DNA of 64,000 nucleotides from Lingula anatina (taxonomy: Eukaryota > Animalia > Brachiopoda), in assembly GCA_051362555.1 (NCBI GenBank), contig CM120640.1, positions 53,236,788-53,300,787 of the forward strand. The letters are read 5' to 3'. The position numbers and the translations under genes were made by a program. Shown piece after piece: positions 1 to 14,567 of this stretch. Each line of letters starts with the position of its first letter. The first letter of the stretch is position 1. The notes below the pieces were generated by a model. That model saw only the letters and a list, made by a program, of their open reading frames with translations, was not told where the DNA came from and ran no database searches.

Positions 1-264
1 AAATACAATCAGAGTTACTAGTATTTCCATAATCTGGCAGTAAAACCAAGTCTTGGTTAAATAGTTTGAAAAGTCACATATAAAAGAAACTGGCAGATTA
101 AACAAAAAGTTCAGAAGTAACAAGACCTACATGTACACCAAGCATCTTTAATGTACTCCTCTGCAATGCATACAGCATCATCAAATAGAAAACTTCTCTC
201 AATAAACAAAACAGAAACAGTAAGTCTTTATTGCTTTTTTTTAATTAGTAGTATGCTATCTTAC

Positions 265-3200
265 ATTATCTGGAATACTCTTTAACACTGGTCTCATGAT
301 GACCAATTTCTCTGCCACTGGAAGCTGGTTGAAGACCACTGCCCGTATTAATGCTGTATAGCCATTCTGAAAATCAAAATTCTTCAAGTGTCTAAATATG
401 TTTTGACATGTTGAGAAATAAAATTATCAGAGGTAAATACATATGTGTACATGTTCAAATATACATGTACATGCACATATTCTAGAACACATGCACAAGC
501 ATGCAGGCACTCACATACACATAAAAACTATTGTGACAAAAATGCTCACCTTGTCTACATATTCAGCTGTATTCAATTTCTCAACTTGTACAATATCTCC
601 CCTTGCTGCTGCATGAAAAAGCTGGACTGCCATACACTGAAAAAAAAAACATAAAAGATTGAACTACCTGCTTACATGAAAGAAATTAAAACTGTTAGCA
701 ATCTACATATATATACCAGTTCAATTATTATCATCAGCATGAAGTGGTGCTGTTGATTGTGTTCAAGAAAAAAATGTAAAAAAAAAAAAAAAACTAAATG
801 CCTATTTTATACAGAGAAGGTTTTCAATTCATTTTGCTGGTGAACAAGTGTAGTTTCATTAAAATAAAATTTCATAAAAATGCAAGTTGAAAAGATTTGG
901 ACAGTATTAAAGAGTTTTTTGATACAAGGGGGACTGATCAGCATTAAAATAAGTTATAAAAAGAATAAAAAAATAACTAAAACATACAAAAGATCCACAT
1001 CCAATGAAGAGACTTTCAGTATTTCTTAACTTCATCATTATAAGAAGTTGCATAGGATTACTGTCACCAGCTGTCACTTACATGACTTGATATTAAGTCT
1101 ACTGTTTTCAACAGCTTTTAATTCAACCTACCTCAATTTCAGTGCAGTGACTAATGGCAAACATATCCTCTTCACTCCCAATCTCCATAGCTACCTGCAA
1201 CAGGGCTTCACCAGTCTCCTAGAAAAGCAAAATAAATAGGTATGTATGATATGTATCACTTAGTTATTCAAAATATGTCCATATAAAAATAAATTGTTGC
1301 ACTTATCAAAGCTATAATATACTACTTTTCAATGAAGGAAATATAATGCATCTGAATCCAAAATAACCCAGTATATAATAAGGTCTTTTCTTTAACTCAC
1401 TCAATAAATATGATTTTTACTTTTCCTAATTTACATCTTACCTTACATGTACATGTACATGAATTGCTTTACAGTAAACAAGTAAGACTTCTTTCCATCT
1501 TTAAAAATGTGTCTATATCAGCACAACTACAGATTGGTTTCACCTTTCTTTACTTACATTGTCTTTAATTTGGAAATTTGCAAAGCCATAAAAACATGCC
1601 ACAAGCGTTCTCACAAACTGAAAACCAACTAGCCTTATGACAATCTGAAAATTATAGAAAAATAGGAATTATACTATGATATTTTTATTTATTATCTTGC
1701 AAATTTATACCATGACACAAAGAATATTTAAACTTAATGATCACATTTTGATGCAGTAATAGAACTGAAATCAATCAAAGACGTATGAATAAAATAGTAG
1801 ATTTGTATAAAAATAAACATACGAGCCTATTAGTAAGTAAATGATTCATCACAAGAACAAACCTTATCAATAGCTTGAACTATATCATGTTTTCCTAGGC
1901 TAAATGCTAGTTCTCTTGGTGTAAGTCCATTCTAAAATTTAAATAAATTAAATCATGTTTTAAAAAAGCTATATACAAGGTATCCAACTATGTACAGTAG
2001 TTGCTCAATCTTTTCAAAGAGGGAAAATTTTACAGATACTGTGTTTTATAAGTAATTTTTTTTTTTATTAGAACATTCCTACCGAGTGGTAGCAACATAA
2101 TTAATCAGCAGGCTACTCTATGGTTTTATTAAATGCAGTAAAAGCACCACAAATGCCATATTGAAATATAGCTTTTGTGATAATAAAATTATGTATCTGA
2201 AAAATTGATAATTTTTGCCCATTGAAAAGATCCAAACAGTACAGTAATTTTCAGAGAAAGTATGTTGTTTGAAGCAATTAGCTTTCAGAACACTATATCA
2301 GGGTGTGATTTAAAAGAGCATAATATTATATGCAAGCACAAAGCATTAACAGCACCCACTGAGACTTCATTATTTTGCAATTTACTATGTACTGATTCCT
2401 CATCTTAATTCTGATTTGGTGCTTCTGAAATCAACAAACCTTAGTCCGTTCCACTAGGTTTTGTCCCAGCATGTCATTTATTAACCATTCTATGCATTTC
2501 ACTGAGCAGCCATCCTGGATTGCTCTCAAAAGCAATGTATTGCCATCCTTACAGAAAAAAAATTCATGTAAACAAAATAAATAGCCCTTTTTAGATAAAA
2601 AATACAATTTCAGTCATCAGAAAGTCCAAATTTTAGAGCCAAAACAGACCAGTTACATCAATTTCAAATTTCCATACATCGAGCTTAAGCAGGACTTTAT
2701 TGAAGTTTTACTGCACCAACCTTAATGTTGGACAAGTCTAATAACTACTTCACATGCCCTTCTATGGAATCAGAAAACCAGACGATACATGTTGGTAATT
2801 GGTGCAGTAATCTTCAATCAAACCTCTACTGACTGTCAAATAAGTGTTCACAAATGGAGAATTGACAAAGAATCTGGTAGACATCACATTTGCTGCTCAG
2901 AGTATCATCAGATTTAAGCAAAAGATTGTAATGTTACAGGTGAAGAATACATGAGCTTGTTACCTCTGCCAAGGAGGTTGTTTTCACCCCTGTTTGTTTG
3001 TCTGTCTGTCATCAACATAACTCAAAAAGTTATGGACCGATTTTGATGAAATTTTCAGGAACTATCAGAAGTGGGCCAAGGAACAGATGATTAGTTTTTG
3101 ATGGTGATCTGGATCAATAATCAATCAATAATCTAAAATAAAAAATATCGAAAATTTAGGGGAGAAACGGCATTGGGTGGAGACATTGCTGCCTTGGCGG

Positions 3201-6200
3201 AGATCTGCGCTCTCTGAGTGCTTTTCTAGTTTATTTTGAGAATATATCTAACCTTGTCTTTCTCAGCTGCTTCTAAACGGGCACAGGCATGAAGATATTT
3301 TGCTACATCCAAATGTTCTTTTGGTGAAAGAGCCTTCATAATTAGGGGCATTGTGTCTCTGCATTCATCCTTGAAAATAAAGAAAGCATGTATTATATGT
3401 TGCAATGTTTCATTGTGATCAACCAAACTTGCTTTCTAAGACTTTGACTTTTTGTTTGTTCTCAACTGATGCCATTAACTAATTACTGGGACAAATAATA
3501 AGACATCTTTTTCTTGCAATATACAAATACAAAAACCAGTCAATACATAAAGCTGTTTAAACACACACACTTTCTCTAACACACACACACACATACACAC
3601 ACACACACACACACATTCAATACCTCCTCCCTCTCCTTGACTCTGACAGCAATCTTTGCATCATGCTCCACCAGCAACTTGACCATCTCCAAGTTATTGC
3701 ATTTGATGGCACATGCAAGGGGTGTGGTACCCTGAGGACCCTAAAATGATAAATGACAAGCAGCATTTATCTAGCTAATCATCTGAAAAGTACTAAGTAC
3801 ACACAAACAGCAAATATAAGTAGCATACAGACAATAAAACTATTGGCAAGTTGATGTAGCCAGTTTGGCAGTTTTCCACAAGGAATATGATATGATGAAT
3901 GTTAAATGATTTAAGCAAGTTGGTTGTGAGGTGAAATATAATCCTAGCAACATTGAATAAGTAGCGGTAATCTGGCTTACCTTGAATCCTTTATTCACAA
4001 TACAGCTTTTCTTTGTTTTAAGAACTGTTTTTGCACTAGCCAAGTCATCAGCAAGCACTGCATGTATAAGTTCCTAAAGAAAAATAAAGAACAATTTGGA
4101 AAAAAATTTAAAAAATATCTGTGTCACTTGGGGACAAATTGCTGTTTTTATTTATTGGAAACAAAATTTTACTACAGTATATTTTTGTTTACATGTATCT
4201 GCTTAAGGGAGAGAGAGAGAGAGGGAGAACAATGGTTGGTTTAGACAAAGGAAAAGAGAAAAGCTCAGTATAAAATAATATGTAATTACTTACACTGGTA
4301 GGCTGAAAACTTTTGAGATCATTGTAACATTTCAGAATGGTTGGTATTTTCCCAGACAAGCTCCTGGCATATTCTAGCACTGTCTTTCCTTCCTATTCAA
4401 ACACCAAGCAGATGAGTTTGTTTAATTAGAAAAAAATTTATTGCTTTAATGGTAAAATAATATGGGGAGGAAGTGTTTTTTAAATACATTACTGATGTCA
4501 GAACAGTTATCTTATGCATTTCATAAACATTTTGAGTTTCACACATAAACCTTAAACTATAACAACAGATTACAAGAAAACATTTCTAAAATTTCAAGTT
4601 ATGCCAAGTTTTCCTAGAGATTACCTTGACAACTGCATTAACATTGCACCACTGATCTATGAGCCTGCCAACAGCTGTAGTGTTGCCATCAAGAATAGCT
4701 TGAACCAAACCAGGCTGAAAAGAAAGGAGCATTTCAATTCCAGATGTAAGTAAAATTTTTACAAATGCATGTTTTAAATAACAGAAATATATCAGCCACT
4801 GAAAAAGAATAAAAGGTTATATATAACCATTACATACGACAATTATTAGCACATCTGAATGAGGAATACCCGTTTATTTATGCATATTTATGAATATCTA
4901 TTCATTTACAATCAGTAACAAGTAGGTTCTCCCTGTATTTCACCATAAGGACTCACCTTATACCTGTTCAAAAGCTCTTTCAGTTTGCCATTACTCTCAT
5001 CCAGTGGAGTCAGACCAAGCTGAAATTTGACTTCAAAGTTAATAGCTGCTGAATAAAAAGAGCTGAGCAATGCTTACAATTTATAAAAATAATCAGGCAA
5101 ATGAATTTAGGATGCATTTCATGTCGAATTTATAATAATTAGTCTCTCACACATTTGTCTTTCATATGTCACATTTTAAAAATTTTCAAAAACACCTTTC
5201 TTAAAGAAAAAAGTTCCCTTTCATCTTAACACAAATACCTAATTTTACCTTATTTCTTATACTAAAATCAGCTCCACATTGAAGCAGGCTTTCTGTGGCC
5301 CCTATTTGGCCAGATCGCACAGAAAGATGGAGAGCTGTATCACCATTCTAAAATATATAGATGGAAACAATTTTTTGTCAGTGCCTCCTGATGTGTTTCT
5401 GAAGGGTTGTCTATATATTCTCTGTTCAACTTAATATGACATCATAATTAATATCAACTCCATATAATTTTTCAATAAACAAAAGAGCATACACACTTTT
5501 CCTTGTTACCAAAACCAAATATCAGTGTAACTTATATTATATGTTCAACAGATTTCATAAATCTGATGAAATTAGCTTGATAATGTTAGACCATTTTATC
5601 TAACATTCACTAGCATATACATAATTGCAATACTTTAAATGCAAATAAGCAATATGACATGTAGGTGATTAAATTGTATAGTTAAAACAATATCATATAC
5701 AACACCTTATTTTGAGAGTTAACAGGTACCCCTCCACTAGCCAAGGCATACAGCACAGTGACATCACCTTCCACAAATTGATGAAGAAGAGAGTTGCCAT
5801 TCTGAAAAAACAATAAATTTTAAATAAATGTAAAAAAAAGTTATCAAATTTTGATGACTTTTCTCATTTTTTTGAAATAACCAACCTAAATTATACTTAC
5901 ATTTACCAGATTTATTCAATATTTTGATTTTGTGCACCAGCAAGCAGAACTACCAAGAAGATAATACAATTTTACCACCCTTCAAAAGAAAACACCCTTT
6001 ATAATTAGAAAATTACCATATCTTTGTAATCAGGTCCTAAATTTTGAATGTGACTTCTGGCAATGTCTCCAACTCCCTGGGATTTTTTAAGTCTGGATGA
6101 CATGGCAGACTAAAACAGAACATAAATGTCACAATAATATATTAAAGAAGTTTTGAGTAGATACGTTACATGTTCTAAGCAGTTACATTCAGAAATTATT

Positions 6201-8325
6201 TCTGTTATTTAAATTTGGTCTAGCACAATCTTATATGTGCTATTCTTAGGATATGTTTTTAAAATGCATGTTAAGTTTCAGTTATGTCAAGGCTGCTTTA
6301 TCACTATGTCACAAGCAACACTGGACAGGTATGTCCACCTAACAGACAAAATTACCTTTCTTTCTTTCTTAACAGGACTAGGTTCTCTTTCAATTAGAGG
6401 AGTAGGTGCTTGCTGTAGGCCATCTCCTGGCTTCCTGCGACATTTTCTGATGTCATCTATCAAGTCTCGCACTTTCAGAAGGCCTCTTGTATGTGCCAAG
6501 TCCCTGGCATCATAGGCTGACACAGGGCAGCGAATGTCTCCATGGTCAGAATAGCACCAGTGATCACACGTTTTGTCTGGGAACTGAAAAGATTTTGACA
6601 AATTTGGCATAAGAAACAGAGACAGTGAGCCTTGCATTAAAAAAGAGGCCATGCAGTAACAACCAAAAGCGACTGACTGCTTATATATATATACTTATAA
6701 TATCAAAATTGTATAATTCAAGTATAATGTTATAATTTCCCCTTGCTTTGAAAATGGATACAGCTTTTCATTATTCTGGCTGTTACTTTACATTCACAAT
6801 TTTAGTTACATATTGATTATAGATCATGGAACTGTTAATTCTGTGTTTTGAATATAACATTCTTTTCTCAAACATTTTAATTCAGATAAATATTACCTGA
6901 TATTCATTTAAAATTGTAAAGCCTTTCTCCACCAAATAACAAGCAATTGTTTCTTTGTTGTTATCAATAGCACACACTACTGGATCTCTATCAGAAAACT
7001 GAAATTTACAGAAAATTATAACCATGATAAACCAATTTGCTTATGTTGGAAGAAAAAATTAGGGAAAGGTAAAAAAAAATGTAAATATGTCTGCATTTTT
7101 TTATTGAACCTGTCTGTTCTTGGTCTTATCAGACTGTGTTAAAGGTAATTTCAAAAATTCATGTAGCTTCAAAGACAATTCTAATAAAATGACTGAAATA
7201 ATTCACAAGTCTAACAATCTAGAGAAAAACTGGTGATAAATCTTGTGCTAAATGAACAACAGACTGAACCAAAAAATTATTATTCAATATTAATTAGTAT
7301 GATTGCAAACACTTTGACTTTACCAAAAACTAGTGGAATACAATACCTGTTCCTCAACTTCTTGCAGTGCCCTGGGGTCCACAACATGATCCAGTAAATT
7401 CCTGACCTCTGGATAATTGCCTTCACAAATAATCTGGTGCAACTAGTGTTCAAAGAGTGTTTCTAATTAATATGTTTTCACACAGACTAACTTAAAAATC
7501 ATAATAAATAGTTTGCAGTTGCATGCTGCCAATACTTACTATGTAAATTACCATCAATATGCAATAGAATTTAAACTGAAATTGTTTTTCTGGAAAATCT
7601 TATTATAATGAAAGTAATAAGATACATCCGATAAAAGCCCAGTCTTGGCATAAAGTCAAAAAAGATTTGACAGGGATTGAGGGAGAGAGGGGTCAGAAAT
7701 AATGGCAGACTATAACTTAACTTGTTGGTGTGCTGCAACAGATAAAAGCTAAATAAATTTATACATGAAAATTCTTTTGTTTGTTTTCTCTTATTTCACA
7801 AAGTTTTGCATGTCAATTCTGCATTGTTTTCTTAGGGCGCATTCCCATAGATTTTAGATCAATCTATCCCCGTGGGGAGTCTCACTAGATTACTGTCAGA
7901 TAATCCGGCTTAAATGTCCGTCCTGCCTACTACAAGCTGTAAAGGGGTAATTAACTTCCATGCGTGGTCGGCTGACTGCAATTTAGCGTGAACCCCCAGG
8001 GAGTTAGGTCGATCTAGTAAGATCGATCTAAATCTCTGGGAATGCCCTCTAAGAAAACAATCCCTGCACAAAGAGTTTCACATTAATCATTGAAAAGTTA
8101 ATCTGACCTAAGAGATTTTCGCATGTTTTCTAGTCATGTATGGCACGCAGTGCTAACAGCCTAAAATGGATTGTTTCCAATGTTCAACTTTCTGTTTTAT
8201 ATGTTTGCAATTATAACATTTCTCTTAATTAAAACAGATAAGCCTCAAACTTCTGTGAAAAGAAACAAGCAAGACCTAAGAAAACAACATGTATTTACCT
8301 GCTCTGCCAACTGTACACAAGTCAT
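265..8325 (-). CDS. Multi-exon ankyrin-repeat protein (>=620 aa, continues beyond the left edge)
   Basis: Coding exons read by hand, each with AG/GT boundaries and all phase 0: 8299-8325 (MTCVQLAEQ), 7347-7442, 6897-6998, 6356-6583, 6017-6109, 5706-5801 (NGNSLLHQF...VPVNSQNK), 5249-5347 (NGDTALHLSVRSGQIGATESLLQCGADFSIRNK, a canonical ANK repeat), 4957-5019, 4625-4714, 4294-4392, 3981-4073, 3624-3740 (GTTPLACAIKCNNLEMVKLLVEHDA), 3253-3369, 2440-2547 (DGNTLLLRAI), 1863-1931 (NGLTPRELA), 1558-1644, 1132-1218, 550-636, 265-366 (NGYTALIRAV). The joined frame is open, and a donor site follows at 264. Confidence 0.9.
2961..3229 (+). mobile_element. Helentron/HINE (DINE-1-like) non-autonomous element, copy 1
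   Basis: Starts TACCTCTGCCAAGGAGGT (hairpin), then a (TGTC/TGTT) microsatellite; the subterminal CCTTGGCGGAG is complementary to the 5' end; ends CTAG in a T-rich site. A homologous copy lies at 37728-38152. Confidence 0.75.
3579..3615. repeat. (CA)n microsatellite
   Basis: Seen directly, next to the donor of ANK exon 3624-3740. Confidence 0.9.
7823..8061. mobile_element. Palindromic MITE
   Basis: Terminal inverted repeats attgttttcttagggcgcattcccatagattttagatcaatct / agatcgatctaaatctctgggaatgccctctaagaaaacaat. No coding capacity. Confidence 0.75.
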
Positions 8326-11300
8326 CTTGAAATTATCGTTCCCTCATCAAACCATAATGTACCTTCAAAATAAATAAATAGGAATTATACAATTTCATAT
8401 AATTTTAAAAATACAGCCCTACTAAATTTAATCGTTTTTTAAATTTGAAAATCTAATAAAAATTACAAGATCAATAATATTAGATTATCCTCTCAACCTT
8501 CAAGTCTACATGTACCTGCAGCACTTAATAAACTTGGTTATAATGATTTAACTTCATATTATAATACACTTATATGATACCTTTGTAAAACAATCAATTT
8601 TTAAAATAAAACTTAACATAAAAATGCTATTTCATATCTTATTTTTGACTTGGAAAACTTTATTTGTAGCTCAATAACCATACCATTACAACTGAGATGC
8701 TTACCGCCACACTTTACCTCTTGGGTTGTTTGCACAGTGTCCTCCACACACTGGTCACTTCATATGCACTTGTTACTCTTGAACAGCTTTTAATCCCTTT
8801 AATTCAATGATGCCCTTTCTGCCATAACCTGAATAAACAAATAAAAACTAGTTATTTACTGAGCACTTGGTATTAATTGTCAACCAAAACCGTAGATGTT
8901 TTTGGTTAAAATCCAAAGACTTCTATCAAGAAACTCCTTTGAATACCCTACAAAGAATAATTGTATAAAAATTCACACATTCCTTGTCCAAATATTCCGG
9001 TTCCTTTTGCCAGGTAGAAGAACTGTTAAGTGAAAAAGACGCCTTTGTAAATGCATTATTTTTAACAGCTCATTTTGAAAAGGTTGAATGACGGAGCCAA
9101 ATGTTAACTGCAAATAAGGTCACCCCCTTGGCAACTGTAAACAACTTCTGTCATACATCACCCACTGAGTGGAAAAGCACTATTATATATCCTTGAGTTG
9201 ACATTGTAGAGAAATGTGGATAAGTCAAGGAAAGCAGTTGTAGCATGTCTCATAAGTACTTTTGAATTTTTATACAGTGGATCTACTTAGTAGGGAATCA
9301 ACACAACATGTGGATCATAATATGGTGCTTCCTTTTAATTCATAAAAAAACAAAAAAATATTATTCATTACATTCCATTTAGAATACTTTGATTGATATA
9401 TATCTTATTCTATAACCAAAATTGTTCACAGGGTACCAACATTCAACATCATGTGTGCACTTCAATATTGTTCAAGCTTTTAACTGCTAAGATATGGATC
9501 ATAGACCACTGACAGTGTGTGTGACAGTAAAAAATTATTTTTTCTATCAAATAAATGCCTAATAAATATAATACATCTTCTGAAATACCTTCTAAATACA
9601 TGATTAGGCCATTTACATCTTCATAAGAGCGAATACTCATAGCTTCACACTTGCCAGCCACATTATGAAAACTTCAGTTTAAATATTTCTATAAATTCAC
9701 ACATTATCTTGCATTTACATCTATACATAAATGTGTAGTCAATCATGTATGCATAACTTTTCAGAAAGAGTATTTACTCATTTACAGAGAGTGGATGATT
9801 ACATAATTAGATAAATCTATCTGCTGAATAAAGCTCATTGTTACCAACATCTACGGTTTGCTGACATTGCTGAAACACAACATGTCAAAGAACAATATTG
9901 TTCATTTCATGTCCATTACCAAAGCATTTGCATGCATGTGTGAAATCTGACCAGGGCACCACAAAAGCAATAGAAATGAATGAATGAAAGTTGGTTACAC
10001 CTAGGACCCAAAATATAGACTTCATCATCTATCCTATAGGTTACACTAAGGCATATTTCACCAAGCTCTAGCTCAGTGTGAACTATGATTTTGCTATCTA
10101 CATGTATAACATCTCAATTGACCAGTAGTTAAAATGTGAATATGTTGTCTAGCAAGCTAATATTTCTCCTTTATAAGAACATTAATGACCTCTTGAGCAG
10201 CCTTAAGTATGGAGTATATTTACTAGTATTTCTAGTAAGAATGTGCAGCTTGTGTAAAGTTTGTACACCTGTTACAACAAAGAAAAGCTGGTATTTTTCA
10301 TACTGCTACTAAAAAAGAACTATAGACCAGTGGGTACATTTGTAGAATTTACACAAAATATCTTCCAAGAAGAAAATAATTGAGAAGAGAACTTTATAAA
10401 CACACCCTGGGTAGTCCAACATAAAGATTTTCAAATTCATCACTCCTGCTGACAATAAAAACACCTCTAAAAGTGAACTCGAACAAACTGAAAGCTAGTG
10501 ATCAACATATGTTCATACCACTAGTACATAGAACTGCAACACTGAATTTTCAGTTTTATGTACCAGTAACTCCAGTTAACAAAATAAAATATAAAAGGAT
10601 AAAATAATTGAAAGAAAAGAAAAGCTTAAAACAAAGGATAACTTCTGAGTAACCATCTATTTGTACTAATGTACACCAATTATGTCCAACAAATAACCAG
10701 GCAAAATAAATTACAGTACTAGTAGTTACCCAATGACTTGCAAAAGTATTCTTCTTGGTTACTGACTCAATTAATAATTCCTGTTTTATCAATGAAAAGC
10801 AATGACAAGGACTTAATAAAAAAAGGGGGAAAAAAGGAAATGGAAAGAGCTGTGCTCACAACTAATAATAGATATTATCATGTAGGGTAGAAATCTCTGG
10901 AGGGGGTAACTGGGGAGCAATTTATAAGTTCTTGTGGGAAAGATACTCCTACAAGACCTAGTTATATGTCCCTAGCACACCTGCAGAAACATGTGTACCT
11001 AACTTTCCTCCATAAAGTACCCAGTATGTACTATTTCAGTAGGACAATCCAATGGAAAACATATCATGTTCTGAAACAAAATCAGTTTATTTGTAGCTGA
11101 CTCTAATTAGCCTGAAGAACAAAATGACTGAACATTAATAACAGTCATTAATATATTGCTAATTAAGTACAATTAACTACAAGTACAAGCATGAATTAAT
11201 TTTGATGCCTTACTTGCTCTACTACTGTGATGTGCCCCTTACACCAGATTTTAGTGGAGGTAAACTTGGAAATGTAATGAATTCAATACATACATGTATA

Positions 11301-12140
11301 TACTAGTACAACACATTCCTATTTATGGTTAACACAAATAGAGTAAACAAACAGAGGAGCACAAATAGTACCACTACCTGTACATACAGTATCAGAGAAA
11401 ATAATTACATTTAGGGCTGGTACGTACTATACAATATAACATAATTAATTACATATTACGTGTCATGCCAAAGAAGGATTGCTAAAATAATCATCTAAGA
11501 CTGGTGATTAACAACAAAGAAAAGCAACAATTTTTAGTTCATTCAGCAAAGTTATACCGGTATTTCAAACATGTTTGAAGTATGCAAATTAATTAGGAAA
11601 TAATATTAACTGTTAAGAGGTATTTAAAGCAGGGCTTCTTTCATTTAAAATTTAAAATGTTATGTTCACTAAATGTGCTGTTGTTCCAGTTGGCGGTTCC
11701 AGTTCCATTGGAAAAAACTCACCAAATAAAACTTTCTAATTAAGTCTTAGTTCTACTAAAATATGAGTTTTCAATTTAAAACAGTTATTGTGGTGACCTT
11801 TTGGATAATATTTTGAACTAAGTGTATTGGCAGTAATCAGTACAATACACATTTGAGGCATGCTTACTTTGGCAGCAAGCCGGTTCATAAACTATGTACT
11901 GCGGCATTGTGTACTAGTATCTGTATAAATACCTGTACGTCAGATGAACCAATTCTGATATAAGTCCTTTGAAATAGGCGTTGATTTACACCTTAATCTT
12001 GGAAATAGCAATACATTCTGATATTCACTTTAACGCACGAAAACATACCTTTGTCTGTGGGAATAAACTTTGTTGACTTGTCGGTTTCCATGTATTGCCG
12101 CTGGTACGCATAAATAACTGCTCGCCGATGTTGCACGAAG
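8326..12140 (-). other. Putative spliced 5' leader of the ankyrin gene, containing uORFs
   Basis: Candidate exons: ~12140-12049 (donor G|gtatgt), 8828-8705 (ttcag| ... CG|gtaagc; stops in all 3 frames) and 8362-8326. Joining the first two gives METDKSTKFIPTDKGYGRKGIIELKGLKAVQE*. Confidence 0.5.
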
Positions 12141-13939
12141 AGAACCAAACCAAGACAAGACAGGCTTTTTGCCTTACCCCATAAGCCCAAATCATTTGGA
12201 TCAACCTTATTTTTCTCCTTATTTTCATTACTATTAACGATTTAAATGTAGTTTTATTTATTTATTTTGTTTGTCTATTTATTTATTTATTTTTTGCAAC
12301 CAAACTCTCAAAGAAAATATGATATACATATTACCAATTTTTTAAAAATAAAGTATCCTTTCATCACTGGAGTGCCTTGACTTGAACAGGGGACATAATG
12401 TATCTTTGGCATTTCTGGCCTTTCATAAATTCAAATGCTGCGGATCATATTGGCCAATTAAAAAGTTTTGTTGTACCTGGGTTAAAATACTTATTTCTTT
12501 GTATTTAATATTTTTAACCTGTTAATTAAATATATTCATACAGTTAACAAAATTAACAAACAATTTTACCAAAACATTTATTTGAACTACACAGGAGTGT
12601 GAACTGCAAACTATATTTATTTATTATGCAATAACATATGTATACATGTACTAGTACATTAACCATCACTGAAACGTAGACAAGATTTTGATTATACTTC
12701 AGGTAATACTGAGTTCTTCTTGAGCAATATAACTTTACCAGCAGTTCTTATGTCATTACTGTGACTATACACCAATTCATGTCATGTTAGCATTTTATAT
12801 GCAAATCAAGTAAATGATCATATTCAAATAACACATTGCTAAAAATTCCCCTAAAATAAGGGTTATTTTAAATGTGAATGTAGTCATTACGAACATTTTA
12901 CAGCAAACTATAAAATGATATATATATCTTTTTTAGTAAAAAATGATTATGGATTGGTAAATCATCCTACTGTATAATTGTAATAAAACACATTCATTTT
13001 TAAGATGCATTTTGTAATAAAGTGAAATCTATATAAATAAACTTTCTTACAAATGGAGTGTAAAAATATATACCAGTATGCAAAGGTGATAAAAATACCA
13101 AATTATATAAAATCCAACAGTGTCATGTTTAAATATCAAATCAAAATTGGAACAATAGCAAAGGATCTTATTGGCCTATGATTCTTTCTGAACATTATGT
13201 AAAAATTTCAGGTTCATCAACATTTGTACTGCATTGACTCTCTATAAAGTAAGATTGTCTAAAATGTGTACATTTTATTGAGCAATGATTTTGTGTTTGT
13301 TTACAGTACTGCAGTTTTGTGCAAACCCTAGAATTTAAATAACTTACAGGCACAAGGTAGCCATGAGAAGATCAAAAACAGGAAGCATCTTAAAGCATCA
13401 TATCACATAGCAACCACATTCAGCACATAGCAGACATAAAATGTACATGTAGTTATGAGAAAAATATTAGCACATAGCAGAAAACTGCCTTTTTCATGGA
13501 ATGCCTAAAATTGCCACACTCAGTGTTGCATCAACCAAAACCAATGTCTTTATACAATACTTTTGACTTTGGTGATATGGCACATCTATCTTTGTGCAGA
13601 ACACTTATCTATTGGGGACACATGGCTATACCCTTACCACCTTTGTTAGATATTAATGCTATCATTATTTTCATTATTTATGTATAACTTGAACTGTAAT
13701 TAAGTAGCTAGAGCTTCATAAACAGTAAAAGCGCACAAAAAGTAAGTAATTTTCTTTTGAATTCTAAGCCTCAAAAACATCAAGACACAAGTAGAGAAAG
13801 GTACTTATCAGGAATCCACCAATAAAAATATGTTACATGCATGGAATTTTGATACTGTGCTATGCAAAGGAGAATGCAATTTTGATTTCAGTGCAATATA
13901 ACTGATTATCAATACTGCCATAATTTTGTTTTGAAGCAT

Positions 13940-14532
13940 TCACTCCTTCAGCCCATATGTTCCTTTGTACTTTGAATAGCTGGCTGGAGCTGTTCCTGGC
14001 TTCATGAATCTGGTAGGAGGTGTGGCCTCATACAGTGTTGGCACTGTAAATACAAAAACAGATAGTAAGGTACAGTCTTAGTACATATGTCCTCCAGCTA
14101 TAAAAATGAAGATATATATATTCTATTACAATTATACAGAGTCACTGGTATTTTCAGATATTTGAGTAGCTCTGAATTTATGAGATGAAAAGGATGTCAC
14201 TAATGGGTATGTTTGTATACAAAAATAACTCACAATCTCTGGCTCCTTGATGATTAGCCTCTTGGTACCAAGGTCTATAGTTGTCCATCTCAATCTGCCT
14301 CCTCAGATCTTTCCTGTAACTGCTCACATTGTGTCTGTTCAGGGAATAGATAGGGGTGCTCATTTTGGGTTGAAGAGGAAGAGCCCTTGATTCACGGCCT
14401 CCAGTTTGTAGATATTCATTAAATTTGTCAGTATCATACTGTCGAACAAGCCCTGGAATGAAACAGTATATTAAAAAAATATACAAAATTGCAACAACTT
14501 GTTCACATCTCTCTCTCTCTCTCTCTCTCGCC

Positions 14533-14567
<35 letters not shown>

